Shown here piece after piece: positions 61,702-64,000 of a stretch of DNA of 64,000 bases. The translations under genes were made by a program, and so were the position numbers. The stretch is from NCBI GenBank assembly GCA_964270895.1, contig OZ185440.1, one strand, 5' to 3'. Each line of letters begins with the position of its first letter. Position 1 is the stretch's first letter. The notes beneath the pieces were generated by a model, which was not told where the DNA came from, did no database searches, and saw nothing but the letters and a program-made list of their open reading frames with translations. The DNA comes from Podarcis filfolensis. Lineage: Eukaryota.

Positions 61702-64000
61702 TATTTTAAAGCTATGGGAAAGGAAGTTGTGAGTGTAAGGTAGCTCATATCCCATAGTTAGTTTAGCTGACGCTTTGGACATCAAGAAGAAAATGATTAA
61801 GATTGTCAGGTGGAATAACCAGCATTAACACATCTTATACACATGGTTTAGGTTTCTTGACCTAATAGCTTAAAAGCAGAATTATAAGCAGTCTTCCTTG
61901 CCCCTTTCTCCCACTGGCAATATAAGACACAACTATTCTGGGGGAGAAAATCATGAGAGGAAGGAGGGGCAGCAAAAATTCTATCACATGCCTGCTCCTG
62001 TTATAGTTCATAAATGTTGTGAGCAGGGATGCTGGTGAAGTTTCTGAGTGCAGCTGTGGGAACTCCTAAAAGCCCACCATAGGTTTAATATGACCTTGTC
62101 ATGATAGAAGAGCCCTGATGAAATTTTTCACTGGCTCGGATTAAAATTCCTAGCTCTACATGCCTATCTGTTCTACCCTCCCCACCATTCTGTGATTCCC
62201 AGCACACACCCCTCTCGTCTTTTTAAGCAGCGGCAGAGGTGAGTAACAAGTTATAGAAAAGGAAAGGGATTTTGTTTCACTCCCTCCCCTCCAGGTTCTG
62301 ATGCAATTGCAGATGGAATCTTTCTGGAAGTAATCTTTCTGAGCCTCTCAGATATTATAAAAAATAGTTGGATCTTTCCCCCCAGAAGACCTTAAATCAG
62401 CTCTGAGTTAATTCAAGGCAAGTTTCAGATAGCTTGCCATCTTTAGTTGGGCTCTTCTTTGGGGACTCTTGTCAAAAAGTGGGTTATAATAATAATTTAG
62501 CAATGCCTCTGATGAATCCACTTTTTAAAAGCTTCATATCTTCTGTCTAACTTATGCCACCCATATTATGTTCTTACAGGACTAATGTGTGGCTATTGAA
62601 GTTTGCAGGAAGTACCTTCTGTAGGCTTGGGCACTGGGACTGGTGAATGAGACATAACCAGTGTTTGACGCCTTATTAGTAATAAGATTATACACAGCCA
62701 CAATGTTGATGTTCCTCCTAGTGATTTGGCATTCCTACTCGGATCACTGAAAGGAAGCACATGGAATTGTGAGTGTTGTTGGCCCAGTTACTTCAGGTGG
62801 TGGTAAAGCTGCTATTGTGGAAGAGTAGCAGTCAATATCACACAGTTCATAACTATGGGTAGGCTGATACATTGGGGAAAGGTTTAGGTTTGTAGTAGTT
62901 GGGTTGTAACCAGTGAAATTAGTGAGAAGGATGGTCTAGTAAGTTTTATGGGTGATACTGATTTCACAAAGTTTAAGACGCTCTAGATTGATTTCAGTTC
63001 CTTTTTGTCTACATTGTTTTCAGTTCCTTTCTGTTTAAAATACCAACTGCTCAAAAGGTTTGGACTTTAATTGACAACATGCAGCAGCCTAAACTGAACA
63101 CTGGCATTAAAGGTTCAGTGTGTTCTAAATTATGCTATCTATTAGCTGTACTTTGTCTTTAAACACACAGCTCTCCTCCCCGCTACCCCGCCCCAGCTCT
63201 TTCTAGCAGAGTCTAGCCACTGCTGATTATGAATCACTCCATTGTTCTTGGTATATTGACATAATGTTAGAAAAAAGAAGTAGTGTGTGGAATTTGGAGA
63301 TCTTTAACTCCACTTTGATGTCAAGCTGGGCTACCTTCAAGTTCTTTTGTATTCTGATACGGCCTCTCTTGTCATGAGGTAGGCTACTTGAATAATTTTG
63401 TTTGGGAACACAAGCAATCATGGAAGAAAAAGCAGAAGTGCAAGATATTTAAAGAAATGAATTAAGGTTGTTTTGAGATATGGGCCAATTATGCAAATAG
63501 GCATATTGGCAGCAAAGAGTTGCTTCATATGTATAAGAGACTAAAAGTAATGTGTGTGCTTATTCTTATATTCTAACTCATTGCAAGAAGCTTTGCCTAA
63601 GAAAATAGGATTTAAAGCACCTGCTGTTCCCTTTTGTATCTTCAGCTGACTTGCTAATTCGTAGAAATTGTACTTGAATATGATAGTTGCTCTACTAGTT
63701 TCTTAATCAGGTTTGGCAAAACTAAATCTTATCAGTTATCTGATTACTCTTTTCACACACACCTCCTGCAGCTGCAGTGTAATAAAAGGTTTTTCCTAAA
63801 CATATTTATTCCTACCTTACTGTGGAACTTGAACTTGAACCTAAATTTCAGTCCCTTAACTAATCACATAAATTAGATTTTACATAATTCTGTAATGCAG
63901 AGCCAGGCATTTATACTCGGAAGAATACACAGTAAATTATCATTGTTAGCCAACATCCCTCTTGCATATTTTCCCAGTTAAGTACCTGTATGGATATTTG

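Noticed and set aside
52238-64000. Smooth-muscle M20 first exon or next MYPT2 exon (HERLSRL...)
   Set aside because: I found no matching coding sequence; these exons presumably lie beyond the window.

Overview
This is AT-rich vertebrate genomic DNA, almost certainly from a lacertid lizard, judged by its Sauria-type SINEs, BovB and squamate MITE families. The whole window lies inside one + strand gene, PPP1R12B (MYPT2, myosin phosphatase targeting subunit 2). I traced 18 coding exons from 15462 to 52237, all bounded by AG/GT and joining in one open frame (2367 nt, 789 codons). They encode ankyrin repeats, the acidic Ser/Glu tract, a 183-nt central cassette exon, the RRSTQG and RRGTG phospho-motifs and the internal Met used by the small M21 subunit. 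Exon 1 (with the RVxF motif) and the C-terminal leucine-zipper exons lie outside the window, so 1-15461 is intron 1 and 52238-64000 is a large downstream intron. The introns are packed with short non-autonomous transposons, many with verifiable target-site duplications (TSDs): hAT and Tc1/pogo MITEs, Harbinger-like MITEs, SINEs, truncated RTE/BovB/CR1/L2 LINEs and an LTR fragment. There is also a 146-N assembly gap. Most ORF-track entries are spurious or repeat-derived. The best leads are a candidate internal cardiac promoter, MITEs carrying transcription-factor motif modules, MITE pairing around exon 5, and a possible antisense spliced transcript in intron 1. Exon numbers are my own sequential labels. 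Comparisons to human MYPT2 and repeat-family names come from recall, not from a database search.
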